A DNA stretch of 59,356 bases, the filler included. It is 5 parts of 5 records of this genome, joined end to end, with 100 filler letters (N's around TTAATTAATTAA, not from the genome) between each part and the next. Parts side by side here need not be neighbours in the genome. Positions count along the whole stretch, not along the records: positions 36,625 to 42,665 come from DRR723986_9069; positions 42,766 to 52,615 come from DRR723986_9078; 3 more parts are not named here. One strand, 5' to 3'. The position numbers were made by a program, and so were the translations under genes. Under the pieces are notes generated by a model. It did no database searches and was not told where the DNA came from. It worked only from the letters and a program-made list of their open reading frames with translations. Below are positions 39,103 to 49,085 of the stretch, piece after piece (the first letter of the stretch is position 1; each line of letters opens with the position of its first letter).

Positions 39103-39740
39103 CAGGACGCATCCTCTTTCTTGTTCTCACCGGATTCGACCCGGATTGGCTTCGGAAAGCCGAAAAGCAAAGCGGTAACTTTCAGCAGACGGGACAGGGC
39201 CGCTATGATCAGAAGGGCAAAAGACAGCGCCAGAATGCCCTTGAGAATCCAGCGGTAAGGGAGGCCCGCCGGTGCCTGGCTGGTCTCGCCCTGCTCCCAG
39301 GAACTCACTGCATAGGGAATCATCTCGTAGACCGCCAATCCCAGAAACGGCAACAAGAGAAACAGCAGGCCAAACAGTTCAATCCAGGCCTGGCCCCTGA
39401 GCGACAGTCGCTCATGGATGACATCCACCCTCACGTGATCATCAGTTACCAGGGTATAGCCCAGCCCCAACAACCAACCAGCGCCGGCCAGGTGCCACTG
39501 GACTTCCTCCAGGGTGACCGAGCCCATACCAAACGCATAGCGGCCCACCACGGCATAAATGATCACGCCGGTGACCACAAACCAGAGCCAGGAAGCACTC
39601 TTGCCTATCGCAGAAATCACACCGTCCAGAACCTGGCTGAACCGGGTGGTCGGAAATTCGGTGTGGTGATGAATAAATTGACCGGCGTCCGACGCCGACG
39701 CGTGCACCTCAGGCGGTGAGCCTTTATCAGACACTGCCAT
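39102..39740 (-). CDS. dctQ: TRAP transporter small permease (DctQ family)
   Basis: EEVQWHL, HVRVDVI, four TM segments. Confidence 0.9.
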   Translation of the reverse strand: MAVSDKGSPPEVHASASDAGQFIHHHTEFPTTRFSQVLDGVISAIGKSASWLWFVVTGVIIYAVVGRYAFGMGSVTLEEVQWHLAGAGWLLGLGYTLVTDDHVRVDVIHERLSLRGQAWIELFGLLFLLLPFLGLAVYEMIPYAVSSWEQGETSQAPAGLPYRWILKGILALSFALLIIAALSRLLKVTALLFGFPKPIRVESGENKKEDAS

Positions 39741-39778
39741 ACAACCGTTCCTCGTTCAGAAAGCCTACGGGTAAACAG

Positions 39779-39800
39779 GGATGGCCCCGCAGGGCCATCC
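39779..39800. other. Perfect 9-bp hairpin between dctP and dctQ
   Basis: GGATGGCCC-CGCA-GGGCCATCC; no U-tract, so probably an mRNA-stabilising stem-loop. Confidence 0.55.
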
Positions 39801-39855
39801 AGACTCGATCAGGGGGCACCGGTCATCGCCCGGCCCCCGCAGTCAGCCCCGGACC

Positions 39856-40908
39856 TTAGAGATCCGCCGGAACGTAGGCGCGGGTATCCCACACCTTGTA
39901 GGTTTCCATAAACGCCTGCTGGCTTTCATAGACGCGTTTGAAGTCAGCATCCTTGGATGCTTCCTCCTTGAGCACCTCCTCGGTCACTTCTTTCAGCTTG
40001 AGCAGGACATCGCGGGGAATCTGGTCGGCCTGAACGCCCTTGTCCTGGAACTCCGCCAGAACCTTGCCGTTCTTGTACTCACCTTCGGCCAGACCACGAG
40101 TAGTGGCTGCAGTGCAGGAGGCTTCAACCAGCGCTTTCTGGGCTTCAGTGGTGCGGTCCCACTCATCCTGGTTGATCAGCATGTACTGTGCGGTGAACTG
40201 CTGATGCCAGCCGGGGAACAGGTTGTACTTGACCACCTGATTGAAGCCCAGGATCTGATCAATGGCAGGCATGGAGAATTCCGTGGCATCAATGGTTCCT
40301 TTCTCCAGTGCCTGATACAGCTCACCACCCGGCATCATGGTGACAGACGCACCCAGCTTCTCGAGAACCTTGCCGCCCAGGCCCGCAAAGCGGATTTTGA
40401 GGCCTTTGTAGTCTTCCAGTGACTCAATCGGCTCGGCATACCAACCCGCCGTTTCGGGCCCGATAATGCCACACAGCTGGGCATGTACCTTGAAGCCTTT
40501 GTTGGCGTAGGTTTCCTGCAACAACTCGTGGCCGCCACCGTAGTAGTACCAACCGATGTAGGCCCAGGGCTTCATTCCGAAAGGCACGGCCGCAAACAGT
40601 GGAATCGCCGGCACCTTGCCCTGGTCGTACCCGATCCAGGTGTAACCAGCGGAGACCTTGCCATCAGAGACAGATTGGAGAATATCGAATGGTGGAACCA
40701 GCTTTCCGGGTTCGTAAACACGAACCTGAATGCTGCCATCAGAAGCCGTGGTCAGGTTATCGGCTACCCAGGCCGCTGGTGAACCCAGGCCAGGCAGGTT
40801 GGTGGCGAAAGCAACCGGCATTTTCCAGCGAAGATCATCGGCGAAGGCAGAACCGGTGGTGAGAGCAATCGCACCGGCAACACCGGTGAGAGCCTTGAGA
40901 AGTTTCAT
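39856..40908 (-). CDS. dctP: TRAP substrate-binding protein (DctP/TakP-like)
   Basis: Signal peptide, LFAAVPFG, GLKIRFAGLG, ALEKGTIDATEFSMP, FPGWHQ; start ATG 40908 after AAGGAG. Confidence 0.92.
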   Translation of the reverse strand: MKLLKALTGVAGAIALTTGSAFADDLRWKMPVAFATNLPGLGSPAAWVADNLTTASDGSIQVRVYEPGKLVPPFDILQSVSDGKVSAGYTWIGYDQGKVPAIPLFAAVPFGMKPWAYIGWYYYGGGHELLQETYANKGFKVHAQLCGIIGPETAGWYAEPIESLEDYKGLKIRFAGLGGKVLEKLGASVTMMPGGELYQALEKGTIDATEFSMPAIDQILGFNQVVKYNLFPGWHQQFTAQYMLINQDEWDRTTEAQKALVEASCTAATTRGLAEGEYKNGKVLAEFQDKGVQADQIPRDVLLKLKEVTEEVLKEEASKDADFKRVYESQQAFMETYKVWDTRAYVPADL

Positions 40909-41067
40909 TGGCAAGTCTCCTTGCTTTGTTGTTGTGTGCGGCCTTTGACGGCCTTATCTGAGTATAGTCAGACAATGCAGGAACAGACGGACAGGGGGTC
41001 TCGCGGGTCCAACGGGTAACGCCAGTCTTGTTGTCTGCATTGTTCTGACGTCCTGCACACGGCTCAA

Positions 41068-41083
41068 AGCACGGGGCATACCA
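41068..41083 (-). promoter_or_regulatory. Sigma54 -24/-12 promoter of the dctP operon
   Basis: Minus strand TGGTATGCCCCGTGCT gives exact GG-N10-GC spacing, about 160 nt upstream of dctP. Confidence 0.75.
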
Positions 41084-41147
41084 GAAAAAATTAGTTATTG
41101 TTTTTCAAAGTGTTAGATAGATTCTTGTGAGGATCAACCGAACAAAC

Positions 41148-41228
41148 CGTCCGGATATAAAGACACATATAGACCTCAGTAGTAGGCAGTTGTCCCGATA
41201 TCCAGACATATGTCCGGATTTCAGGACA
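41148..41228. promoter_or_regulatory. Three TGTC-N10-GACA palindromes, probable enhancer sites
   Basis: CGTCCGGATATAAAGACA (41148-41165), TGTCCCGATATCCAGACA (41191-41208), TGTCCGGATTTCAGGACA (41211-41228). Confidence 0.7.
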
Positions 41229-42648
41229 GCTTGGCCAGTTTTTCATAGAGTACAGAACGGGAAATCCCCAGCAGCCGGGCGGCCTTGGTACGGTTACCGC
41301 GGCAGGTCACCAGGGCCTCTTCAATGGCCTGGGCTTCGGCCTCAGCCACAATGCGGGCCAGCGGCCGCACAGAGCGGGCGGGAACCGGAGAGACCAGACG
41401 CTGGCCAGCACGGGGTAATACTTTGAAGATGGCATCGGCATCCAGCAGGTCACCGTCTTCGCTCATGGTCAGGGCCCGCTCCAGCACGTTGCGCAATTCC
41501 CGGATGTTGCCCGGCCAGTCGTAACTGCCCAGGGCCGCGACGCCGGCATCGGTAATTTCGCCACGCATGTCCTGGCCCTCACAGATTTCACCCAGCAGGG
41601 CTTCACACAGCACGCCCAGATCGGCCAATCGGTCCCGCAGGGGCGGGATATTGATCTCCAGCACATTCAGCCGGTAATAGAGATCTGAACGAAAGCTGCC
41701 CTCGGCAATCATGGCCTCCAGATTGCGACTGGTGGCCGCAATCACCCGCACATCCACTGTCGTTACCTTGTTCGAGCCCAGAGCCTCAATTTCCCCCTCC
41801 TGCAACGCCCGCAACAGCTTGGCCTGCAACGGCAGCGGCATATCCCCCACCTCATCCAGAAACAGCGTGCCCCCGTTGGCCAGTTGGAACTTGCCCTCCC
41901 GGGTACGACGGTCTGCACCGGTGTACGCGCCCGGGGCGACACCGAAGAATTCCGCCTCCAGCAGGTTTTCCGGCACCGCAGCCACGTTCACACCAACAAA
42001 GGGCTTATCTGCCCGGGGCGACACCGCATGGATAGCCTGGGCTAACACCTCTTTGCCGGTGCCGGTTTCCCCCAGCAGCAGTACCGGCATGTCCCGGCCT
42101 GCCGCCAGTCGCGCCCGGCGCTTTACTTCGAGGGCCGCCGGACTGCCACCGACAAAATCGCCCAGACTGTAGCGGGTGCCACGGCTTTTCTTCGCCAGGG
42201 CCTTGCGGGCAGCAGCCAGATCCCGGTGCAGGCGCCGGTATTTGGACACCAGCGGTGTCAGTGGTTGCAGGTCATCGTATAGCACGAAGGCAACAGCACC
42301 GACAATGCCGCCCTGATCGTCGTAATACGGCAACCGAGTGACCACCAGTTGCTGCTCATTGTGCTCCATGATGTCCAGCAACAGGGGTTTGCCGGTTTCA
42401 ATCACCTCTGGCATCCGGGTCTGCGGGATTACCTTCCGCACCGGCTTTCCGATCGCCTGCGAAGGATCCCCGAGCCCCAGCAACTGGGAATAACTGCCGT
42501 TGATCCAGGTAATGTTGGTTTCCCGATCCACTGCAATGGCACCGGCACTGGCCTCCTCAAACATGGGAAACAGGGCTTCGATCAGGTCACGGGTCAGGCC
42601 GCTCTTGTTCTTGTTGGTAAACAACTCGCTCATAGTCCGCGTGCTCAC
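41221..42648 (-). CDS. PAS-domain sigma54-dependent transcriptional activator
   Basis: PAS-like N-terminus, GETGTGKE, GAYTGA, FLDEVGD, RSDLYYRL, WPGNIREL, Fis HTH. Start may be 42633. Confidence 0.93.
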   Translation of the reverse strand: MSTRTMSELFTNKNKSGLTRDLIEALFPMFEEASAGAIAVDRETNITWINGSYSQLLGLGDPSQAIGKPVRKVIPQTRMPEVIETGKPLLLDIMEHNEQQLVVTRLPYYDDQGGIVGAVAFVLYDDLQPLTPLVSKYRRLHRDLAAARKALAKKSRGTRYSLGDFVGGSPAALEVKRRARLAAGRDMPVLLLGETGTGKEVLAQAIHAVSPRADKPFVGVNVAAVPENLLEAEFFGVAPGAYTGADRRTREGKFQLANGGTLFLDEVGDMPLPLQAKLLRALQEGEIEALGSNKVTTVDVRVIAATSRNLEAMIAEGSFRSDLYYRLNVLEINIPPLRDRLADLGVLCEALLGEICEGQDMRGEITDAGVAALGSYDWPGNIRELRNVLERALTMSEDGDLLDADAIFKVLPRAGQRLVSPVPARSVRPLARIVAEAEAQAIEEALVTCRGNRTKAARLLGISRSVLYEKLAKLS

Positions 42649-42665
42649 GGGTGGGGATGGTTTCA

Positions 42666-42765
42666 NNNNNNNNNNNNNNNNNNNNNNNNNNNNNNNNNNN
42701 NNNNNNNNNTTAATTAATTAANNNNNNNNNNNNNNNNNNNNNNNNNNNNNNNNNNNNNNNNNNNN
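42666..42765. other. Artificial contig spacer
   Basis: N-run, TTAATTAATTAA, N-run. Confidence 0.97.
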
Positions 42766-42767
42766 TT

Positions 42768-42784
42768 CGCACCACCATGGTGCA
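42768..42784. promoter_or_regulatory. NtrC-binding site upstream of ntrB
   Basis: CGCACCACCATGGTGCA is one mismatch from TGCACCA-N3-TGGTGCA; a second half-site TGCACCA follows at 42787. Confidence 0.75.
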
Positions 42785-42978
42785 ATTGCACCATGTTGTG
42801 ACCATACTTTGGGCAGCCAAGGGGCAAAATCCGGGCTGCCTGTCGCCAGACCGTTCACTACTGCACCAAGCTACAGCACCGCGTACCGGCTACCGCGCCC
42901 GTTCTGCCCGATCCTTGCCCATTGGCTACCCAATGCCAAAAAACTGGTTCGCTTTTTGCAGCCGCAGGGGTACATCCT

Positions 42979-44103
42979 ATGAGTCGAGAACGGAAGCAAC
43001 GCATGCCATTCCATCCAGTCACCATATCCGGAAGCAGTTACAAGAGTATTCTGGACAGTCTGACAACCGCAGTACTGGTACTTGGCGATGATCTGGCTAT
43101 CCGTTACCTCAACCCCGCCGCCGAGAGCCTGTTTGAAACCAGTATGACCCGAAGCCATGGCCTCCCCTTACAGGAGGTTCTGGTGGATTCCGAGGATGCC
43201 CTGACCACTCTGCATGCCGCAGTGGAGAACGGCCAGTCCTACACCCGCCGGGAAGCTGAATTTGCTTTGATCAGCGGTGCCAGACTGACTGTGGATTACT
43301 CGGTGACTCCCATCAGCCTGGACCCGACCGAATTGCTGATCGAGATCCAGCCCCGAGACCGACTGATGCGTATCAGCCGGGAAGAAGACATCATCTCGCA
43401 ACAGGAGACCACGCGTATCCTGGTGCGGGGCATGGCCCACGAGATCAAGAACCCGCTGGGCGGCATCCGTGGCGCGGCGCAACTGCTGGACCGTGAGCTT
43501 TCAGACGACGACCAGCGTGAGTATACCCGTGTGATTATCGACGAGGCGGACCGTCTACGCAGCCTGGTGGATCGCATGCTCGGCCCGAACAAAGCCCTGA
43601 AGATTGCGCCCACCAATATCCACGAAATTCTGGAGCGGGTCCGTACTCTGATTGAGGCCGAAAGCAAAGGCCGAGTGCGCCTGAGACGCGACTACGACCC
43701 GAGCATCCCGGAATTTCCCGGCGACAAAGAGCAACTGATCCAGGCCTTCCTGAACATCGCCCGCAACGCCATGGAGGCGGCGTTCGAAAACGAAGCCGCA
43801 AGCGGGCGTTCCGCAACGCCCACCATTACCTTTCGCAGCCGGGCCTTGCGACAGTTCACCATCGGCCATCGCCGTCACCGACTGGTGTGCCGGGTCGACA
43901 TTATAGACAACGGCCCGGGCATCCCGCCGGAGCTGTTGCAGAACATCTTTTACCCCATGATCAGTGGTCGGGCCTCGGGCACCGGACTCGGCCTTTCCAT
44001 TACCCAAAGCATCATCGGCCAGCATCGGGGGCTGGTGGAGTGCGAGAGTGAGCCCGGAAGAACTGATTTCATCATCTTCCTGCCTCTGGAGGACAGCAAA
44101 TGA
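42979..44103 (+). CDS. glnL: Nitrogen regulation sensor kinase NtrB
   Basis: PAS, GMAHEIKNPLGGIRGAAQLL, FLNIARNA, DNGPGIP, FYPMISGR, GTGLGL. Start uncertain (42979 or 43003). Confidence 0.95.
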   Translation: MSRERKQRMPFHPVTISGSSYKSILDSLTTAVLVLGDDLAIRYLNPAAESLFETSMTRSHGLPLQEVLVDSEDALTTLHAAVENGQSYTRREAEFALISGARLTVDYSVTPISLDPTELLIEIQPRDRLMRISREEDIISQQETTRILVRGMAHEIKNPLGGIRGAAQLLDRELSDDDQREYTRVIIDEADRLRSLVDRMLGPNKALKIAPTNIHEILERVRTLIEAESKGRVRLRRDYDPSIPEFPGDKEQLIQAFLNIARNAMEAAFENEAASGRSATPTITFRSRALRQFTIGHRRHRLVCRVDIIDNGPGIPPELLQNIFYPMISGRASGTGLGLSITQSIIGQHRGLVECESEPGRTDFIIFLPLEDSK

Positions 44104-45533
44104 GCCAACCGGCAAACGTCTGGATTATCGACGATGACAGAAGTATTCGATGGGTGCTGGAACGCGCCCTGAGCCAGGCTGGCATGCAACCGCGTGTATT
44201 CGACAGCGGCGACAGCATCATGATGCGGCTGGAACACGAGCAACCGGACGCCATCATCAGCGATATCCGGATGCCTGGCGTGGATGGAATCACCCTGCTC
44301 TCCCAGATCGTAGAACTGCATCAGGATGTGCCGGTTATCATCATGACCGCGCACTCGGATCTTGAAAGCGCGGTGACCAGCTACCAGACCGGCGCCTTCG
44401 AATACCTGCCCAAGCCCTTTGATGTGGATGACGCCGTCGCACTGGTAAAGCGGGCCGTTGCCCACAGTCATGAAAAACGTGCGGCCAGCGAACCGCAGGC
44501 CGATGCTATACCACGCAATACCGAAATTATCGGTGAAGCCCCGGCCATGCAGGAGGTCTTCCGGGCCATTGGCCGGCTGTCTCACTCCAACATCACCGTA
44601 TTGATTAATGGGGAAAGCGGCACCGGTAAAGAGCTGGTAGCCCAGGCCCTGCACAATCACAGCCCCAGAGCACGAAACCCGTTCATCGCCCTGAACATGG
44701 CGGCAATTCCGAAAGACCTGATTGAATCCGAATTATTCGGCCACGAAAAAGGCGCCTTCACTGGCGCTGGCGCTGCCCGCCAGGGCCGCTTTGAACAGGC
44801 CAACGGCGGCACCCTGTTTCTCGATGAAATCGGCGACATGCCCGCCGACACTCAGACTCGACTGCTGCGGGTGCTGGCCGATGGCGAGTTTTACCGGGTA
44901 GGCGGCACCACCCCCATCAAAGTGGATGTGCGCATCATCGCCGCAACCCATCAAGACCTGGAAAAACTGGTACAGGCCGGCAACTTCCGGGAAGATCTGT
45001 TCCACCGCCTGAATGTCATTCGCGTGCACCTGCCCAAGCTGGCCGAACGCCGCGAAGACATGCCACGCCTGATGCAGCACTTCCTCAAGCGAGCAGCCAA
45101 AGAGCTGGCAGTAGAACCCAAGATCCTGCGCCCGGACGCCGAGGAATACCTCACCACCCTGCCCTGGCCCGGTAACGTCCGTCAGTTGGAAAACACCTGC
45201 CGCTGGCTGACCGTCATGGCCAGTGGCCGGGAGATCCACATTGATGACCTGCCCCCGGAACTGCTGCATCAAGCGGAAAACGAGCATGCTGCCACCGGTC
45301 TGACCTGGCAGGAAGGCCTGAGGAACTGGGCAGAACAGGAACTGAAGCGCGGCAAGAAAGGCATACTGGATACCGCGGTGCCCGAGTTTGAGAAAATCAT
45401 GATTGAAACTGCGCTGAAGCACACCGGCGGCCGCCGCCGGGATGCCTCCATTCTGCTGGGTTGGGGGCGGAATACGCTGACCCGGAAAATCAATGAGTTG
45501 GGGATGGATCAGCCGGAGGGGGAGGAGGATTAA
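44100..45533 (+). CDS. glnG: Nitrogen regulation response regulator NtrC
   Basis: [45 protein letters not shown]. Confidence 0.97.
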   Translation: MSQPANVWIIDDDRSIRWVLERALSQAGMQPRVFDSGDSIMMRLEHEQPDAIISDIRMPGVDGITLLSQIVELHQDVPVIIMTAHSDLESAVTSYQTGAFEYLPKPFDVDDAVALVKRAVAHSHEKRAASEPQADAIPRNTEIIGEAPAMQEVFRAIGRLSHSNITVLINGESGTGKELVAQALHNHSPRARNPFIALNMAAIPKDLIESELFGHEKGAFTGAGAARQGRFEQANGGTLFLDEIGDMPADTQTRLLRVLADGEFYRVGGTTPIKVDVRIIAATHQDLEKLVQAGNFREDLFHRLNVIRVHLPKLAERREDMPRLMQHFLKRAAKELAVEPKILRPDAEEYLTTLPWPGNVRQLENTCRWLTVMASGREIHIDDLPPELLHQAENEHAATGLTWQEGLRNWAEQELKRGKKGILDTAVPEFEKIMIETALKHTGGRRRDASILLGWGRNTLTRKINELGMDQPEGEED

Positions 45534-45548
45534 GACTCTTCCTTCACC

Positions 45549-48500
45549 TCACTCGGTCACCTCCCGCCAGTAAATGATACGGTCGTGGCCGCGGTAGACG
45601 CCGAAGGTGGCCACCCCTGACGGGTCGCCCAGTGAACCGTCACCGTCATAGTCTCCCTGTAGCCAGACCGGCACCGGAAAACTGACCCTGACGTCCCCCC
45701 GGTTTGGCTCGCCTGGCGCCGCCAGAACAACCTCACTGCCCGTGGCCGAGCCTCCCATATCCATCGTCCCCGAGACCGGCACAACCGAGGTACTGCCCCC
45801 GGAGAGGCCTGACTGATCCAGAGTGACACTACCCGTGTTGTAGCCCCAACAACTGTCCGCCAGATTCCGGGTGAAGCCGGCTGCCGTGTAATGATCAATC
45901 TGGAGCGGCATTGCCAGATTAACGGTTTCCGGGCCGTATACATTCTCCAGTTGCAGCCTGCCGTATCGCAATTCGAAGTTCATAACGGGTGCCAAATTCG
46001 TTGGCAACAGCGGCGCTGTCACGCTGTCTGCATCCTGCAGCTGTGTCAGTTCAATGGCATAGTCCGGTGTAAACGGCGACACCCTCGTCTGTACCGTCTT
46101 GTCATAGGTAATCTCATCCGATGAAGAGAACCGATATTGCAACTGGCCTCGCCCGATCACGGACAGAGTCGGATTGGCGAGACTCGTGCTGACAGGAAAG
46201 GGAGCGCCGTTAGCTTCCAGGGCACTGTTATCGGCTGCACCGGGCGTTCGCACAAGACTGCCTGGCGACAGCCGCTGGAAATCACCCAGGGTATAATTCC
46301 GTGTGACGGCGCCACCCACAGTCAGGGCCTCCACCAACACCGTGGGTTCGGTGCCGATCAACCATTCGAATGGCCGGCCGATATAGGAAAACGCGGTAGA
46401 AATGTCGCAAAAAGCCTCGATCTCACCCGGCTCCGTAATCGTGACGCCAAAACGGTCGGGAACGAAACGCCCCACATGGCTGACCGCGTTACCAATGACA
46501 TCAGCGGTGCCCAGATAACCACCACTGGCCAGTTCAGGAGTAATGCTGATGATGCCCACCTCTGGCCACTGGAACTGACCGCAGGCAGTGCCGCCTGCGG
46601 CCGCGGCGCCGTTGCAACCCTGAGCAAAGTCGCCGAAGGAGCCGGAAAGTGCGGGACTGTCTCCACCCGATGGCGCGACGAGAGAGGCCTCCAGCACTAC
46701 GTCTTCAGAGGGCGTTTCCTGTCCAAAATTTGGCGTCACATTACCGCTGGCATTGATAGACGATACCCGAACCTCGAAATCATCACCGGCCGCTACAAAC
46801 GCATTATCGTCCTGAACCGAGGTCGCTGCCGGATTACCCGGAATCGTCAGTTGGAAGTGATCCGGGCGAGCAACAAATTCTCCATCGCCTACCATCTCCA
46901 GGCCTGCATCATCGCCCGAGCCTTCGTACCGTGCGTTGAGACGGACCCACCCAACATCGGGGTATCGAATACTCACCGTTGCCAAGCCATTGGCATCAAA
47001 GAACAGTGGCTTGGTTCCTGTGACAAAGGAAGGTAACTCGTTGCCATCTTCATCTAATATCACACTCTGACTACCAGAAGACGGGTTGATGTAGGAAGAC
47101 CAAAGTGCAATGTCTTTCGTTTCCTCGTCAAATCCGGGAACACAGCGCTGGGTGCTGTCATCCTTGCGTACCGCCGCGATACTGGCCGTCACAACTGTGT
47201 CCGCAATATGATCCGGCACCGTAATATCGAATCCCGAATCAAAGAACGTCATCTCACATTGATCAGCCGCCAAGGTGCCGGAACCGTTATCACACAGGGT
47301 CTTCGAGAATGCCACCGTCCCCGGGTCTGACGAAGGGACCCCCAAAGTAACGGTGCCTGGCGAGGTAATCGCCAACGAGCGAGTGGTCTCACCATTCATG
47401 ATGAAGGTCTCTCCCCCTGCCCAGCCGGAGGGAGACAAAGTCACTTCCACAGGATCAGGGAAGAAAGCGTTGCAGGCCGGATCGTCGCAGGCGCGAATTC
47501 TCACGGCTTCCGGCTTACAGGTCAGGCCACTGCCACTGTGAATGATCTCGAAGTGATCCACTCGTCGCTGAATTTCGCCCACCTTGTCTGCGCAGGTTTC
47601 CAGACCATCGAGCTCATGAATGTTAGTTGAGCCACCTGTGGAGCCGGTTAGAGATAAAAACAGATTCTCCGGAACATCCGCTTGCTGACCAGTGAGTGTT
47701 ACCGCGATGATTTCCTGATAGTTGGCGCCCGTAGCGGTGATGTCTCTTTCAACCCGGAGGAGAGGGAGAGCACCTCGTGAATCGATGGTTATCCGGTAAC
47801 GATGAGGGGAGTTTTTACCGGTCGCATCGATGCCCGGAGATAAGGATTCGGAGCCTGCGATATACTGATAATTCAAATCTGCAGCGCCGCGCACCGCCAC
47901 AGAGTCAAGAGTTCGTCCAGGCCGACCTCCTTGTCGTCCCTCACTCCTGTTCGAAAAGTTTCCGTACTCATCAATACCAATACCAAGCCAACCTCCGGCG
48001 AATCCGCCGGTTCCATCTGGCTCCTGAGCATAGCCGAGCGAGCCACCATAGCCACCCGCCTGCGGTGTGATTGAGGCATCAGAGAAAACGATCGCGATTC
48101 CATCGGCGCCATTTCCATCGTAGGCGTAGTAGTCGAATTCGATCTGGATCAGGTTATCTGCACCGGGGAACAACCGCTGCAAACTGACCGCTGTCGCCTG
48201 ATTTCTTGCGGCTTCAGTCAGCCTGAGCCTTCCTCCAACAATATCAGGCCTGAAACTCCCCCTGGAGACGGAAGTGGCCCAGTCATCAGCGTTAAGATTC
48301 CCGCCAGAGAAGTCTTCGCTGAAGCAGATTGCCGGCTTAGGATCTTCAACAGTGTAGGTGATTCGCACCCGTCCGGAAGCTCCGTTCCCGCCATTTGCAG
48401 ACAAACAGACGAGAAAGCTACAGGCGGCACCACCTCCACCACCTCCAGGCACACGTCCAGATGCCCCACTGCCTCCGGAACTGCCATTTCCGCCGGCCCC

Positions 48501-49085
48501 ACCTTCAGCTACAACGTTACCGCCCGAGCTCCCTGAGCCGTCGTTTCCCTCAGATCCAGAGCCTGCGGAACCACCACCGCCGCCGCCACCTCCAGAGGCG
48601 TTAGCGCCTCGGCCACCACTGAACACTGTGCCACCAACACTGGAGGCCGAACTTCCACCAGATCCACCTGACGCATTGTTATTGTTTACGCCAGCACCAC
48701 CCTGTGCGAGCAAGGTTGCCGGGCTGCCAAACCAGGAACTGTCGCCATCGGCCGAATTGCTTCCACCGGAACCGACCCGGTAGACAAAAGTCTGGCCAAC
48801 TGAAACCCCAAACGACCGGGAAGCATACGCGCCTCCACCACCGCCACCAGCCTCCACGCCGCCTCCGAAGAGAGGCCGGGAAACCGACCCACCACTACCA
48901 CCACCACCCCAAACCTCAACCGTGATGGATCGAACGTTGGCCGGAACCGTAAAGGAACCATTACCAGGAGAATCGAACTCCACAACCTGTTGAGCCTGGA
49001 GCGATAAGGAGACAAGTGAAAACAGCAACGCCAAAAGCAACAAGCTTTGGGTTTTCATAAACGTCCGTGACATGGTCCGATTCAT
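45549..49085 (-). CDS. mshQ: MshQ-like pilus adhesin (Gly-rich domain, L-type lectin-like domain, MshQ C-terminal region)
   Basis: Signal peptide; C-terminal LRYGRLQLENVYGPE and ATFGVYRGHDRIIYWRE; last gene of the msh operon. Confidence 0.82.
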   Translation of the reverse strand: MNRTMSRTFMKTQSLLLLALLFSLVSLSLQAQQVVEFDSPGNGSFTVPANVRSITVEVWGGGGSGGSVSRPLFGGGVEAGGGGGGAYASRSFGVSVGQTFVYRVGSGGSNSADGDSSWFGSPATLLAQGGAGVNNNNASGGSGGSSASSVGGTVFSGGRGANASGGGGGGGGSAGSGSEGNDGSGSSGGNVVAEGGAGGNGSSGGSGASGRVPGGGGGGAACSFLVCLSANGGNGASGRVRITYTVEDPKPAICFSEDFSGGNLNADDWATSVSRGSFRPDIVGGRLRLTEAARNQATAVSLQRLFPGADNLIQIEFDYYAYDGNGADGIAIVFSDASITPQAGGYGGSLGYAQEPDGTGGFAGGWLGIGIDEYGNFSNRSEGRQGGRPGRTLDSVAVRGAADLNYQYIAGSESLSPGIDATGKNSPHRYRITIDSRGALPLLRVERDITATGANYQEIIAVTLTGQQADVPENLFLSLTGSTGGSTNIHELDGLETCADKVGEIQRRVDHFEIIHSGSGLTCKPEAVRIRACDDPACNAFFPDPVEVTLSPSGWAGGETFIMNGETTRSLAITSPGTVTLGVPSSDPGTVAFSKTLCDNGSGTLAADQCEMTFFDSGFDITVPDHIADTVVTASIAAVRKDDSTQRCVPGFDEETKDIALWSSYINPSSGSQSVILDEDGNELPSFVTGTKPLFFDANGLATVSIRYPDVGWVRLNARYEGSGDDAGLEMVGDGEFVARPDHFQLTIPGNPAATSVQDDNAFVAAGDDFEVRVSSINASGNVTPNFGQETPSEDVVLEASLVAPSGGDSPALSGSFGDFAQGCNGAAAAGGTACGQFQWPEVGIISITPELASGGYLGTADVIGNAVSHVGRFVPDRFGVTITEPGEIEAFCDISTAFSYIGRPFEWLIGTEPTVLVEALTVGGAVTRNYTLGDFQRLSPGSLVRTPGAADNSALEANGAPFPVSTSLANPTLSVIGRGQLQYRFSSSDEITYDKTVQTRVSPFTPDYAIELTQLQDADSVTAPLLPTNLAPVMNFELRYGRLQLENVYGPETVNLAMPLQIDHYTAAGFTRNLADSCWGYNTGSVTLDQSGLSGGSTSVVPVSGTMDMGGSATGSEVVLAAPGEPNRGDVRVSFPVPVWLQGDYDGDGSLGDPSGVATFGVYRGHDRIIYWREVTE

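Noticed and set aside
37663-39258. 531-aa plus-strand ORF and similar long antisense ORFs (e.g. 1453-2343, 5371-6375, 16625-17347)
   Set aside because: Shadow frames of well-supported genes in GC-rich DNA, with no recognisable motifs.
41221-45533. Sigma54 activator and ntrBC as one regulatory cluster
   Set aside because: Separated by an artificial spacer, so adjacency is not established.
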